Notes under the pieces: model-generated | What the model was told of the DNA's origin: nothing | The model's input: only the letters and a program-made list of their open reading frames with translations | Database searches by the model: none | Shown: positions 36,749-45,742 of the stretch, in pieces | How the letters are laid out: every line of letters starts with the position of its first letter | How positions within the stretch are numbered: position 1 is the first letter of the stretch | Origin: Acidobacteriota bacterium | GTDB lineage: Bacteria > Acidobacteriota > Thermoanaerobaculia > UBA5066 > Gp7-AA6 | Assembly (NCBI GenBank): GCA_046725935.1 | Contig: JBKOZO010000090.1 | Location: forward strand, 1-60,808 | Reading direction: 5' to 3' | DNA: 60,808 nt | Translations under genes and position numbers: made by a program

Positions 36749-37761
36749 GCGGTCGCCTCCGCGGCGGCATAGCGCGCGACGAGCTCGACGGCGCGGTGCG
36801 CGTAGCCGTAACCCGAGTCGAACCAGGACAGCGTCTTGGAGACGCGATCCCCCAGCGCCATCGTGGCGAGCGAGTCGAACGTGGCCGAGAAGGGCGTGCG
36901 CGCGACGTCCGAGGAGACGATCGGCTCGGTCTCGAACCGGAGAATGCGCTTCCAGCGTGGATCCTCGGAGGCGGACCGGAGCGCGTCGTTGACGGTGGCC
37001 GCGGTGACGGGCTTCTCGTGCCACGTCACGAGGTCCACGACCGAGCCGTTGGACACCGGCACGTTCATCGCGTATCCGGTCAGCCGCGGGGCCAGCGACG
37101 GCAGCAGCTCCGCGAGCATTGCCGGAGAGCGGGACTCCTGCGGAATGATGTTCTCGGCCGCCGCGCGTCCGCGCCGCTTGTCCTCCGCCGGCACGTCCGC
37201 GAGGTGGTGGGCGCTCGTGTAGGAATGGATCGTGGTGAAGATCGCCCGCTGCGTCGTGAACGCCTCGTCCAGGATCTTCAAGACCGGCGCGAGGCAGTGC
37301 ACCGTGGAGGACGCGTTCGAGACGATCTGCTGGTTGGGCGAGAGGGCGTCGTCGTTGACTCCGGCGACCAGCGTGACGTCCGCGGGCTCGAGCGGCGGCG
37401 CCATCAGGATCACTCGCCGGGCGCCCGCCGCAAGGTGCGCCTCCGCGTCGGCGCGCGTGCGGCCGCGCGACGTCGCTTCGAAGACCGTGTGGACGCCGAG
37501 TCCCGCCCAGTCCGGAACCGGAGGCTGATCCTTGCCGGTGATGAGGGCGATTCGCCGGCCGTCCACGACGAGGCTTCCGTCCTTCGCGGCGACCTCGCCG
37601 GGAAAGCGGCCGAGGAGGGTGTCGAGCTTGAGCAGATACGCGAGCCCCGCCGGCTCGGCCAGATCCGCCACGGCGGCCACACGCATGTCCTCCCGCTCGT
37701 GAAGGATGCGGAAGAGATTGCGGCCGATCCGCCCGAACCCGAAGATGCCGACCGCCGTCAT
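36745..37761 (-). CDS. GAPDH-like paralog lacking the catalytic Cys (probable pseudoenzyme)
   Basis: GIFGFGRIGR, but SNASSTVHCLAP, IPQESRSP, MNVP, WFDSGYGY. Confidence 0.88.
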   Translation of the reverse strand: MTAVGIFGFGRIGRNLFRILHEREDMRVAAVADLAEPAGLAYLLKLDTLLGRFPGEVAAKDGSLVVDGRRIALITGKDQPPVPDWAGLGVHTVFEATSRGRTRADAEAHLAAGARRVILMAPPLEPADVTLVAGVNDDALSPNQQIVSNASSTVHCLAPVLKILDEAFTTQRAIFTTIHSYTSAHHLADVPAEDKRRGRAAAENIIPQESRSPAMLAELLPSLAPRLTGYAMNVPVSNGSVVDLVTWHEKPVTAATVNDALRSASEDPRWKRILRFETEPIVSSDVARTPFSATFDSLATMALGDRVSKTLSWFDSGYGYAHRAVELVARYAAAEATA

Positions 37762-37800
37762 GCCGGAATGTCTACCATACTGAAGATAATTCGGGTTCCG

Positions 37801-37920
37801 CCGTCATCCTGAGCGCAGCGAAGGATCCTGGACTCAACAAGCCACAGAGGCAATCGAGTACGGGATCCCTCGTCGCGGAGCCTGCCCTGAGCGAAGTCGA
37901 AGGGCTCCTCGGGATGACGG
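37801..37920. repeat. REP-like palindromic element, family 1, with a nested CCCTGAGCGAAGTCGAAGGG hairpin
   Basis: Both arms match 9450-9528; the inner insert replaces the tgcg loop. Confidence 0.8.
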
Positions 37921-37938
37921 GCGCTGAGGAGGTGACGA

Positions 37939-38412
37939 ATGCGCGTAGGTCGTTTGGGATGGCTGGCGGCGGCGGTGCTGGCGGGCGCCGGCGCGTTTGC
38001 GGCGGCTGCGGAGCAGGGGTCGGCGAAGGATAAGGCCGAACTGCTGCGAACCGACGCCGAGTTCTCCGACGCGGCGCAGAAGGTCGGCATCGCCGCAGCG
38101 TTCGTGAAGTACGCCGATCCGAACGCCGTGATGCTGCCCGCCAACGAGAATCCCGTTACGGGCGCCGACGGAATCCGCAAGCAGTTCGCCGACCTGCCGG
38201 CCGGCACGACGCTCACGTGGAAGCCCAACAAGGCGGAGGCCGCCGCGTCCGGAGACCTGGGGTACACGCTCGGCAGTTACGTGCTGCGTTCGAAGGACAA
38301 AGACGGCGCTCCGATCACGCGCTACGGCAAGTACTGCTCGATCTGGAAGAAGCAGCCCGACGGAAGCTGGAAGTGGGTCGTGGACGTGGGCACGCCGTCG
38401 CCGGCGCCGTAG
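37939..38412 (+). CDS. DUF4440/YybH NTF2-like secreted protein
   Basis: Signal peptide; LTWKP, SGDLGYTLG, GKYCSIWKKQPDGSWK. Confidence 0.88.
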   Translation: MRVGRLGWLAAAVLAGAGAFAAAAEQGSAKDKAELLRTDAEFSDAAQKVGIAAAFVKYADPNAVMLPANENPVTGADGIRKQFADLPAGTTLTWKPNKAEAAASGDLGYTLGSYVLRSKDKDGAPITRYGKYCSIWKKQPDGSWKWVVDVGTPSPAP

Positions 38413-38416
38413 ACGA

Positions 38417-38440
38417 GGTTCCAAGTTGCAGGTTCCAGGT
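38417..38440. repeat. Heptamer tandem repeat (RGTTSCA)x3
   Basis: GGTTCCA-AGTTGCA-GGTTCCA; same family as 55124-55198. Confidence 0.6.
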
Positions 38441-38463
38441 GGAGCTGCGGTTAGACTCCGCGC

Positions 38464-39615
38464 ATGCGAAAGATCGTCTGCGCCGTCTTAGTCCTCGGTC
38501 TGCTCGGTTCTCCCGCTCGCGCGGCGGACAAGCCGCGGGCCCGCGACCTCGGCGTGCCCTTCGAGGGAACGACGGGGCCTCTCAACGCGATCACCGACGT
38601 CAAAGGCGTCGAAGTCGGCGAGAGCACGATCATCCGCGGCGAGGGCAAGCTCGAAGTCGGCAAGGGCCCGGTCCGCACCGGCGTGACCGCGGTGCTTCCG
38701 CGCGGCGCTCGTTCCAACGACGATCCGGTCTTCGCGGGCTGGTTCTCCCAGAACGGGAATGGCGAGATGACCGGAACGACCTGGCTCGAAGAGTCCGGAT
38801 TCCTCGAGGGGCCGGTGATGATCACCAATACGCACAGCGTCGGCACGGTGCGCGACGCCGTGATCGCCTGGCGCGTGCGCCATGGGGGAGCGGACCAGAC
38901 CGGCTACTGGTGGTCCCTTCCCGTCGTGGCCGAAACCTGGGACGGCGAGCTGAACGACGTCAACGGATTCCACGTGAAGGCCGAGCACGTCGATGAGGCC
39001 CTGGGCTCGGCGCGCGAAGGGGCGGTCGCCGAGGGCAACGTCGGCGGCGGCACCGGAATGGTCTGCTACGGGTTCAAGGGAGGCATCGGCACCGCGTCGC
39101 GCCGCCTTCCGGAACCGGCCGGGGGCTACACGGTCGGCGCCCTCGTCCAGTGCAACTGCGGCCGCAAGTCGGATCTCCTGATCGCGGGCGTGCCCCTGGG
39201 GCGGGAGCTCGCCGGCAAAGGAACTCGCGATGAGGATTCCGGATCGATCATCATCGTCGTCGCGACCGATGCGCCGCTTCTGCCGCACCAGCTGAAGCGA
39301 CTCGCCCGCCGCGCGACGATGGGGCTCGCGCGCACGGGCTCCAGCTCCGGGAACGGATCCGGGGACATCTTCATCGCCTTCTCCACCGCCAACCCCGGAG
39401 CGGCGAAGACCACGGGGAACGTGACGCCGACGATGCTGCCCAATGACCGCATGAATCCACTCTTCTCGGCGACCGTGCAGGCGGTCGAGGAAGCCATCGT
39501 CAACGCGATGGTCGGGGCCGACACGATGACGGGCGCCAACGGCGTGACGGTGCGCGCCCTGCCGCACGACGAGCTGCAGAAAGCGCTGAAGAAGTACAAC
39601 CGGCTGACTCCGTAG
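38464..39615 (+). CDS. dmpA: DmpA / peptidase S58 family aminopeptidase
   Basis: RARDLG, GVTAVLP, ETWDGELND, EGNVGGGTGM, autoprocessing site GNGSGD. Confidence 0.92.
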   Translation: MRKIVCAVLVLGLLGSPARAADKPRARDLGVPFEGTTGPLNAITDVKGVEVGESTIIRGEGKLEVGKGPVRTGVTAVLPRGARSNDDPVFAGWFSQNGNGEMTGTTWLEESGFLEGPVMITNTHSVGTVRDAVIAWRVRHGGADQTGYWWSLPVVAETWDGELNDVNGFHVKAEHVDEALGSAREGAVAEGNVGGGTGMVCYGFKGGIGTASRRLPEPAGGYTVGALVQCNCGRKSDLLIAGVPLGRELAGKGTRDEDSGSIIIVVATDAPLLPHQLKRLARRATMGLARTGSSSGNGSGDIFIAFSTANPGAAKTTGNVTPTMLPNDRMNPLFSATVQAVEEAIVNAMVGADTMTGANGVTVRALPHDELQKALKKYNRLTP

Positions 39616-39663
39616 GGGCGGGGCTCGTCCCCGCCCAGGGGCGGCCGCGAGGGCCGCCCCTAC
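39612..39663. repeat. GTAG-type REP doublet between convergent genes
   Basis: GTAGGGGCGGGGCTCGTCCCCGCCC...GGCCGCCCCTAC; both flanking stop codons lie in the GTAG ends. Confidence 0.85.
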
Positions 39664-40469
39664 GGAAGATCGGACAGGAGCTTCTCCCATTCCCGCCAGT
39701 ACGCTTCGCCGCCGGTGACGTACGTGTCGTTGTGGCCGGCGCCGGGAATGACGAAGAGCGTCTTGGGCGGCGGCGCGCGCTCGTAGAGCTCGCGCCCCTG
39801 CGACGCTGGAGCGATCTCGTCGCGCTCCGCCACGAGAAACAGCTTGGGCGCGGAGATCGCGCCGATCTTCGCGGCGCTGTCGAAGCGGCTCCGGACCAGA
39901 AAGCGCGGCACGAACGGGTAGTGCACGCGGGCCATCGCGAGGATCGAGTAGAACGGCGTCTCGAGGATGAGACCGCCGCAGGGTTTCTCGGAGGCGAGAT
40001 CGATCCCGACGGCCGATCCGAGCGACTCGCCGAAGACGAGGATCCGCTCCGGCGGGAACCCGCGCTCGAGGGCCGCGGCGTAGACGGCGCGCGCGTCGCG
40101 GTACAGGCCCTCTTCGTCGGGGGAGCCCGACGACCGGCCGTAGCCGCGATAATCCACGAGAAAGACGTCGAGGCCGAAGCGGCGGTTCAAGATCCGCGCG
40201 CGGTCGAGACGGTCGGAGGCGTTGCCGGCGTTTCCCTGGAAGAAGAGCAGCGCCCGCTTTCCGCCGCCCCGAATGCGCCAGCCTCGGAGAACCACTCCGT
40301 CGCTGGAGGGAAGTGTCAGCTCCTCGGACGTCAGACCGAAGGAATCCGGGGACGCCGACAGGACCCGGCTCGGGAAGTAGAGGAGCTGATTCTCCAATCC
40401 CCAGAGGATCGCCAGAAGACCCCCCGCCGTCGCCAGGAGCCACGCCGCGGCTTTGGTGCCGCGCCTCAC
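39660..40469 (-). CDS. Alpha/beta hydrolase (ABHD13/Bem46-like)
   Basis: FFQGNAGN, DYRGYG, GESLG, GAGHND; GTG at 40469 preferred (alternative start 40508). Confidence 0.88.
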   Translation of the reverse strand: MRRGTKAAAWLLATAGGLLAILWGLENQLLYFPSRVLSASPDSFGLTSEELTLPSSDGVVLRGWRIRGGGKRALLFFQGNAGNASDRLDRARILNRRFGLDVFLVDYRGYGRSSGSPDEEGLYRDARAVYAAALERGFPPERILVFGESLGSAVGIDLASEKPCGGLILETPFYSILAMARVHYPFVPRFLVRSRFDSAAKIGAISAPKLFLVAERDEIAPASQGRELYERAPPPKTLFVIPGAGHNDTYVTGGEAYWREWEKLLSDLP

Positions 40470-40484
40470 GTTTCTCAATATACT

Positions 40485-40580
40485 TCGGTGGGAGAGGTCG
40501 TCAGGCACGTGACCGGGGGCAACTCCGCGATCCCGAGCTTCCTCGGCGCCAAGCGCATGGACGGAATCTCGCGCGATTCC
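40485..40580 (+). pseudogene. 96-bp remnant duplicate of the internal dinB coding region
   Basis: 89/96 identical to 41817-41912. Confidence 0.85.
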
Positions 40581-40623
40581 TCGCAGATCCGGCCGGCCCG
40601 GCTCCTCATGTGAACCGAGTCGA

Positions 40624-41484
40624 ATGGAACCTGACGAGCTCCGCCGCCGTATCGCGAGCTTCCCCCGCTGGCACTACGAGTTCGACTTCGGCAACGGGAT
40701 CACGACGCCGATCTACTACAAAGACCGCGGCAATCGCCATCACCAGCGGGGCCGGTACTTCTTCGATCCCCTCGTGGCGGCGGCCGGGGGCTCGCTCCGG
40801 GGCATGCGCGTGCTCGATCTCGGGTGCAACGCGGGATGGTGGTCGCTGCGAGCGGTGGAGGCCGGTACGGACTTCGTCGCGGGGATCGACGGCCGGCAGA
40901 TGCACGTCGACGAGGCCAGCCTCGTATTCGAGGCGAAGGGCATCGAGCCGTCGCGGTACTCGTTCTCGGTCGGGGACGTGCTTCGCGACAAATGGCCCGA
41001 CGGGCCGTTCGACGTCGTGCTCTGCCTCGGGCTGCTGTACCACGTGAGCGATCCGATCGGGCTGCTGGCCCGCATCGCCGAGGCGAACACGGACCTCCTC
41101 GTGATCGACACGAAGGTGACCGACGGCGCCGGTTTGTACTGGCGGTCGCGGACCGACTCGGCGACCGATCCGCGCAGCGCGGTCGGCCTGAAGACCGTCC
41201 TGACCCCTTCGCGGCGCGCCCTCATCGACCTCGTGCGATCGCACGAGTACCAGGTGGTACCCCTGGCGCCGAACATGACGAACTACGAGGGCATGGAGGA
41301 CTTCCGGACCGGCGAGCGGCTCGCGTTCCTGTGCGCGAAGGTCACCGACCTGTCGTCGCTGCGGTCGTCCGCCGCGGGAGCGCCTCCGTTCTCGTGGTTC
41401 GAGTCTCGGATGCACGGAGCGCTGCGGAAGGCGAGGGCGCGCATCTGGTCGCGGCGCCTGACGAAGGGAACTACGAAGTCCTGA
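40624..41484 (+). CDS. Class I SAM-dependent methyltransferase (CmoB/DUF1698-like)
   Basis: WHYEFDFG, VLDLGCNAGWWS, FDVVLCLGLLYH. Confidence 0.88.
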   Translation: MEPDELRRRIASFPRWHYEFDFGNGITTPIYYKDRGNRHHQRGRYFFDPLVAAAGGSLRGMRVLDLGCNAGWWSLRAVEAGTDFVAGIDGRQMHVDEASLVFEAKGIEPSRYSFSVGDVLRDKWPDGPFDVVLCLGLLYHVSDPIGLLARIAEANTDLLVIDTKVTDGAGLYWRSRTDSATDPRSAVGLKTVLTPSRRALIDLVRSHEYQVVPLAPNMTNYEGMEDFRTGERLAFLCAKVTDLSSLRSSAAGAPPFSWFESRMHGALRKARARIWSRRLTKGTTKS

Positions 41485-41570
41485 GCTCGATGTGCCGGCC
41501 GTCCCACGCGGGCTCGGCGGCCGGATGATCCACGTTTTCAATATACTTTGACGCTCGAAAGAGGAGAGAC

Positions 41571-42161
41571 ATGAAGCGATCGATCTCGATTCTCGGCCTG
41601 GCGGCGTGGGCGTCGGCGGCGCTCGTCTTCGCGCAGGCTCCCGCCACGACCAGCACACAGATTTCGGCCAGGCCTCCGGCGGCGGCCGCGGCGCCCGTTT
41701 CGGGCTTTCGCGCCGACTATGTCGCCGAGGTGGACGCGGTAGGCAAGAAGCTCGTCGAGCTCGCCCAGGCATTTCCGGCCGACAAATACTCCTGGCGTCC
41801 GGCGCCGGACGTGCGGTCGGTGGGAGAGGTCTTCATGCACGTGACCGGGGGCAACTCCACCATCCCGAGCTTCCTCGGCGCCAAGCGCATGGACGGGATC
41901 ACGCGCGAGTCCGAGAAGACGGTCACGGACAAAGCCCAGATCGTCGAGGTGCTGAAGAAGTCGATCGAGAACGCCAAGTCGGCCGCGTCGGTCATCACGG
42001 ACGCCGACCTCGACAAGAAGTACAAGACGTTCGGCGGCCGTGAGATGACGGGGCGCCAGGTCCTGATGCTCATCGAGAACCACATGCACGAGCACCTCGG
42101 CCAGGCGATCGCCTACGCGCGGATGAACGGCGTCGTTCCTCCCTGGTCGCGGACCGACTAG
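41571..42161 (+). CDS. DinB family protein with signal peptide
   Basis: SWRPAPDVRSVGEVFMH; HMHEHLGQAIAYAR; AGGAG RBS. Confidence 0.9.
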   Translation: MKRSISILGLAAWASAALVFAQAPATTSTQISARPPAAAAAPVSGFRADYVAEVDAVGKKLVELAQAFPADKYSWRPAPDVRSVGEVFMHVTGGNSTIPSFLGAKRMDGITRESEKTVTDKAQIVEVLKKSIENAKSAASVITDADLDKKYKTFGGREMTGRQVLMLIENHMHEHLGQAIAYARMNGVVPPWSRTD

Positions 42162-42183
42162 CGCCGGCGCACTCGCGCCGCCG

Positions 42184-42220
42184 AAAAGGGGGCCGGACCG
42201 AACTTTCGGCCCCCTTTTTT
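42184..42220 (+). terminator. Intrinsic (possibly bidirectional) terminator
   Basis: AAAAGGGGGCCG / CGGCCCCCTTTTTT. Confidence 0.85.
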
Positions 42221-42234
42221 CGTTTCCACAATCG

Positions 42235-43185
42235 ATGGGCGAAGCACTGGTCCGGGCGGAGGGGCTGTCGAAGGTCTATCGCTCGCGGCTCGGGTCGCGG
42301 ACGGTCAAGGCCTTGGACGGCGCGAGCCTCCGGGTCGAGACGGGTCAAGTCTTTGGCCTGCTTGGGCCTAACGGCGCGGGCAAGACCACGACGGTGAAAA
42401 TTCTGCTCGGATTGACGCGCCCGACGGCGGGCTCCGCGTTCCTCTGCGGCCGGCCGGTCTCCGAGCCGGAGAGTCGCCGCCGGGTGGGCTACCTGCCGGA
42501 GGGACACCGCTTCCCCGGCTACCTGACCGCGCGGCAGACGCTGTCGATTTTCGGACGGATGTCCGGAATGGACCGCGCCTCGGTCTCCCGGCGGGCGCCG
42601 GAGCTTCTCGAGCGCGTGCGGCTCTCGGAATGGGCCGACGTTCGCGTCAAGAAATTCTCGAAGGGCATGACGCAGCGCCTCGGGCTCGCCGCGGCGCTGG
42701 TGCACGACCCGGACGTGCTGCTCCTCGACGAGCCGACGGACGGCGTGGACCCCGTCGGCCGCCGCGAGATCCGGGACCTTCTCCAGGAAGAAGCGCGGAA
42801 GGGAAAGGCGATCCTCCTGAACTCGCATCTCCTTTCGGAGATCGAGAGGATGTGCGACCGGGTGGCCGTCCTGCGCTCCGGGAGGGTCGTGGCCGAAGGG
42901 CGCATCGAGGATCTGACGGCGACGGGGTCCCACTATCGCCTCGTGGCCGAAGGCGTGGACGAGAAGCTGCTCGCCGCGTTCCGTGAGACCGGGGCTTCGG
43001 TCGAGCGCGTCAACGGGCACTTCGACCTGACGGCACGGGACATCGGACACTTGAACGCGCTCGTCGACCGCCTGCGCGCATCCGGCGCGATGCTCCAGGA
43101 GCTTTCTCCGATGCGTTCGAGCCTCGAGGACGTCTTCGTGGATCTCGTCCGCGAAGGAGAACCGAAGAAGGAGACGCCGTCGTGA
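42235..43185 (+). CDS. ABC transporter ATP-binding protein
   Basis: GPNGAGKTT, FSKGMTQR signature, LLLDEPT, NSH. Confidence 0.95.
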   Translation: MGEALVRAEGLSKVYRSRLGSRTVKALDGASLRVETGQVFGLLGPNGAGKTTTVKILLGLTRPTAGSAFLCGRPVSEPESRRRVGYLPEGHRFPGYLTARQTLSIFGRMSGMDRASVSRRAPELLERVRLSEWADVRVKKFSKGMTQRLGLAAALVHDPDVLLLDEPTDGVDPVGRREIRDLLQEEARKGKAILLNSHLLSEIERMCDRVAVLRSGRVVAEGRIEDLTATGSHYRLVAEGVDEKLLAAFRETGASVERVNGHFDLTARDIGHLNALVDRLRASGAMLQELSPMRSSLEDVFVDLVREGEPKKETPS

Positions 43186-44036
43186 GAGCCTTCACCGCCA
43201 GCGTTCAGGAGGTTTTTCGCGAAGCGGCGGCGCGCTGGACGCTGATCGCCTACTTCGCGCTCTCGACACTCTTCATCCTGATCTTCGCCGCGGCGGTGAA
43301 TCTCGACATCGTGGACGGCGCGCTGGCGGGGATGAAGCTGTTCGGGCAGTCCGTCGACGTCGGAGACAACCACATCGAGATCGACAAGCTGGTGCTCGGG
43401 TTCGAGTCCACCTTCTCCGGCGTCCTCTACTTCGTGGGCCTGTTCCTGGCGCTGTTTGCCACGGCGCACCTGGTGCCGCGCCTCCAGGAGAAGGGCACGA
43501 TCGATCTCTACCTCTCGCGCCCGATCGGCCGCGTCCCGCTGCTGCTGTCTCGCTTCACCGGGGGCGTTCTCCTGGCCGCGGCCGACATCGTCTACCTGAT
43601 CGGCTCGATCGGCGCGATCGTCGCGTGGAAGACCCACGTCTTCCATCCTCGTTTCTTCCTGTCCGGGGCCGTCATCCTGTTCACGATCGCGACGCTGATG
43701 GCGTTCGCCTTCCTGGTCGGAGTGGTCACGTCTTCGACCGCGGTCTCCCTCATGGCCACCTACGCCGTGTTCTTCCTGGCCGCGATTTTGGCGCTCCACG
43801 ACCGGATCGCGGCGGCCGTCTCGACGGAGCTCGCCGCGAAGACGGTCCAGGCGCTCTACTGGATCTTTCCCAAGACCGCCGAGCTCGGGCAGGCCACCGT
43901 CGCGCTGGTGGCCGGCGCCGCCGCGCCCGAGCGGCTCGCAAACCTCGATCACTTTGCCGTGTACGGTTCGACGGCGCTCTTCGGCGTCGCCGCGCTCTCC
44001 CTGGCTTCCTGGCTCTTTTCCAGAAAGGACTTCTGA
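43182..44036 (+). CDS. ABC transporter permease
   Basis: EKGTIDLYLSRPIGR, about 6 TM, terminal FSRKDF; GTGA overlap. Confidence 0.88.
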   Translation: MRAFTASVQEVFREAAARWTLIAYFALSTLFILIFAAAVNLDIVDGALAGMKLFGQSVDVGDNHIEIDKLVLGFESTFSGVLYFVGLFLALFATAHLVPRLQEKGTIDLYLSRPIGRVPLLLSRFTGGVLLAAADIVYLIGSIGAIVAWKTHVFHPRFFLSGAVILFTIATLMAFAFLVGVVTSSTAVSLMATYAVFFLAAILALHDRIAAAVSTELAAKTVQALYWIFPKTAELGQATVALVAGAAAPERLANLDHFAVYGSTALFGVAALSLASWLFSRKDF

Positions 44037-44037
44037 C

Positions 44038-45045
44038 ATGGACGCGATCCGCTTCTCGACCGTCTCGCGCCTCGCCGTGGCCGGCGTTCTGGCACTGGGG
44101 CTCGCCGCCGACGCCCGCGCCGTACGCCGGACGGAAGACTCGCTGGCGCTGGTTCCGGCTTCCGCCGGGACCGTCGGAGTGATCCGGTGGAACGAGCTGC
44201 GCTCGAGCCCGCTCGGCCCGAAGATCTTCTCGTCGATGGACGAGATCTCGACCGACGGCGACGCCGCGCGCTTCCTCGCGGAGACCGGCCTGACGCCGCG
44301 CGAAGACATCGACACGGTCATCGTCGCGATGTCGCCGGGAGGGCATCCGGGCCCGGGCGACGACAACGGCCTCGTCATCTTCGAGGGGCGGTTCGACACG
44401 AACAAGATCGGCGCCGCCTTGAAATCGCGCGGTGCGACTCTCGCGACCTCCCCATCGGGCGACGCCTACTATCGCCTCGCCGGAAGGGTCTCGGTTCAGG
44501 ACTCGGAGGCTGCCGTGGCCCTGGTCAACCGCGGGCTGATCGTGGCGGGCAGCGAGCCCGCGGTCCTCGCGGCGCTGGCGCGCAAGGAAAGCGGAGGCTC
44601 GGGAGGACTGACCTCCGGCGAGGGTCTGGGCAAGTACCTCTCGCGCGTGGACACGAGCGCGTCGGCCTGGGCGCTCGTCGACATGGCCCGCTTCACGCAG
44701 GGAGCCGCCGCCGAGGGCGGCAGTGAAGGAGAGCCCTCCCGCGCCGTCGTCGGCGCGATGAAGTCGGTGACGCTCCTGGCGCTTCAGGCGAAGGTACGCG
44801 GCGACGCGGTGGATCTCGAAGCGACGGGCCTGACTCCGGACGCCGAGAAGCGGGACCTGCTGGAGGACTCGCTTCGCGGCGTGCTGGCGATGTGGCGCAT
44901 GGCGGTCTCCGAGAAGTCGCCGGAGCTCGTCTCCGTGATCCGAAAGTTCCAGGTCGAGCACGACGCGGACAGCGTCTCGATTCGGGGCAGCCTGCCGGGC
45001 TCGTTCCTGCGCTCGCTCGCCGCCCAGCATCAGGCGGTCAAGTAG
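44038..45045 (+). CDS. Secreted hypothetical protein
   Basis: Signal peptide; coding-like frame directly after the permease. Confidence 0.75.
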   Translation: MDAIRFSTVSRLAVAGVLALGLAADARAVRRTEDSLALVPASAGTVGVIRWNELRSSPLGPKIFSSMDEISTDGDAARFLAETGLTPREDIDTVIVAMSPGGHPGPGDDNGLVIFEGRFDTNKIGAALKSRGATLATSPSGDAYYRLAGRVSVQDSEAAVALVNRGLIVAGSEPAVLAALARKESGGSGGLTSGEGLGKYLSRVDTSASAWALVDMARFTQGAAAEGGSEGEPSRAVVGAMKSVTLLALQAKVRGDAVDLEATGLTPDAEKRDLLEDSLRGVLAMWRMAVSEKSPELVSVIRKFQVEHDADSVSIRGSLPGSFLRSLAAQHQAVK

Positions 45046-45050
45046 GTGTC

Positions 45051-45161
45051 GTAGGAGCGGCCCTGGGTTACCCCCGTCCTTCGGACGGCGTCTCCTACTG
45101 CTGTGGCGTCCTCTGGTGGCCGGACCGCGGCCGCCCGGGCGGGGACAAGCCCCGCCCCTAC
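45051..45161. repeat. GTAG-type REP cluster
   Basis: GTAGGAG...CTCCTAC (45051-45098) and GGGCGGGGACAAGCCCCGCCCCTAC (45137-45161), related to 39612-39663. Confidence 0.75.
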
Positions 45162-45742
45162 GGCTTGTGAGGCGTCGGCTTGGGGGCGGGCGGCCCCGCG
45201 GCGCTTCCGCCCTGCTGTTTCTTCTGCAGCTCCTCGGCGCGCGCCGACATCTGCTTCTTCAACTCGTCGGAGTGCGGCTGACTCAGCTGCGCCCCCAGCA
45301 TCGCCGTGCGCTGCATCATCTCCGGCATTTTCTGGACGGCCTTCTGTCCCGCCGGGCTGCGGTAGAAGGCCGCCATGCTCTTCAGCTCCGCCTCCGTGAA
45401 GTTGGAGGCGTACAGCTGCGTCAGCTGGGGCTCCATCGCCGGCCACGTCATGTACTTCTTGAGCCAGGTCACCATCAGGTCTCGGAACGGCGCCAGGCTC
45501 GGGTTGCGCGCGATTTCGCCGTCGATCATGGATTCCGGCATCGTCTGAACTTCCTGCGGGAGCCGGAGAGCGACGAACAAGTCGGCCACGGCGGCGCGCT
45601 GAGACTCGGAAACGGGGACGGCGGTCTGGTTCGGCTTGGCCCCCGGGGCGACCGCGGCCGTCGGCGCGGGAGACTGTCCTCGAGAGGAAGCGGCAATCGC
45701 CAGCGCGAACACGGCGGGCGCGATGCGGGCGACTCTTCTCAT
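45158..45742 (-). CDS. DUF2059 domain secreted protein
   Basis: YASNFTEAELKSMAAFYRSPAGQK; AAGGAG RBS. Confidence 0.85.
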   Translation of the reverse strand: MRRVARIAPAVFALAIAASSRGQSPAPTAAVAPGAKPNQTAVPVSESQRAAVADLFVALRLPQEVQTMPESMIDGEIARNPSLAPFRDLMVTWLKKYMTWPAMEPQLTQLYASNFTEAELKSMAAFYRSPAGQKAVQKMPEMMQRTAMLGAQLSQPHSDELKKQMSARAEELQKKQQGGSAAGPPAPKPTPHKP

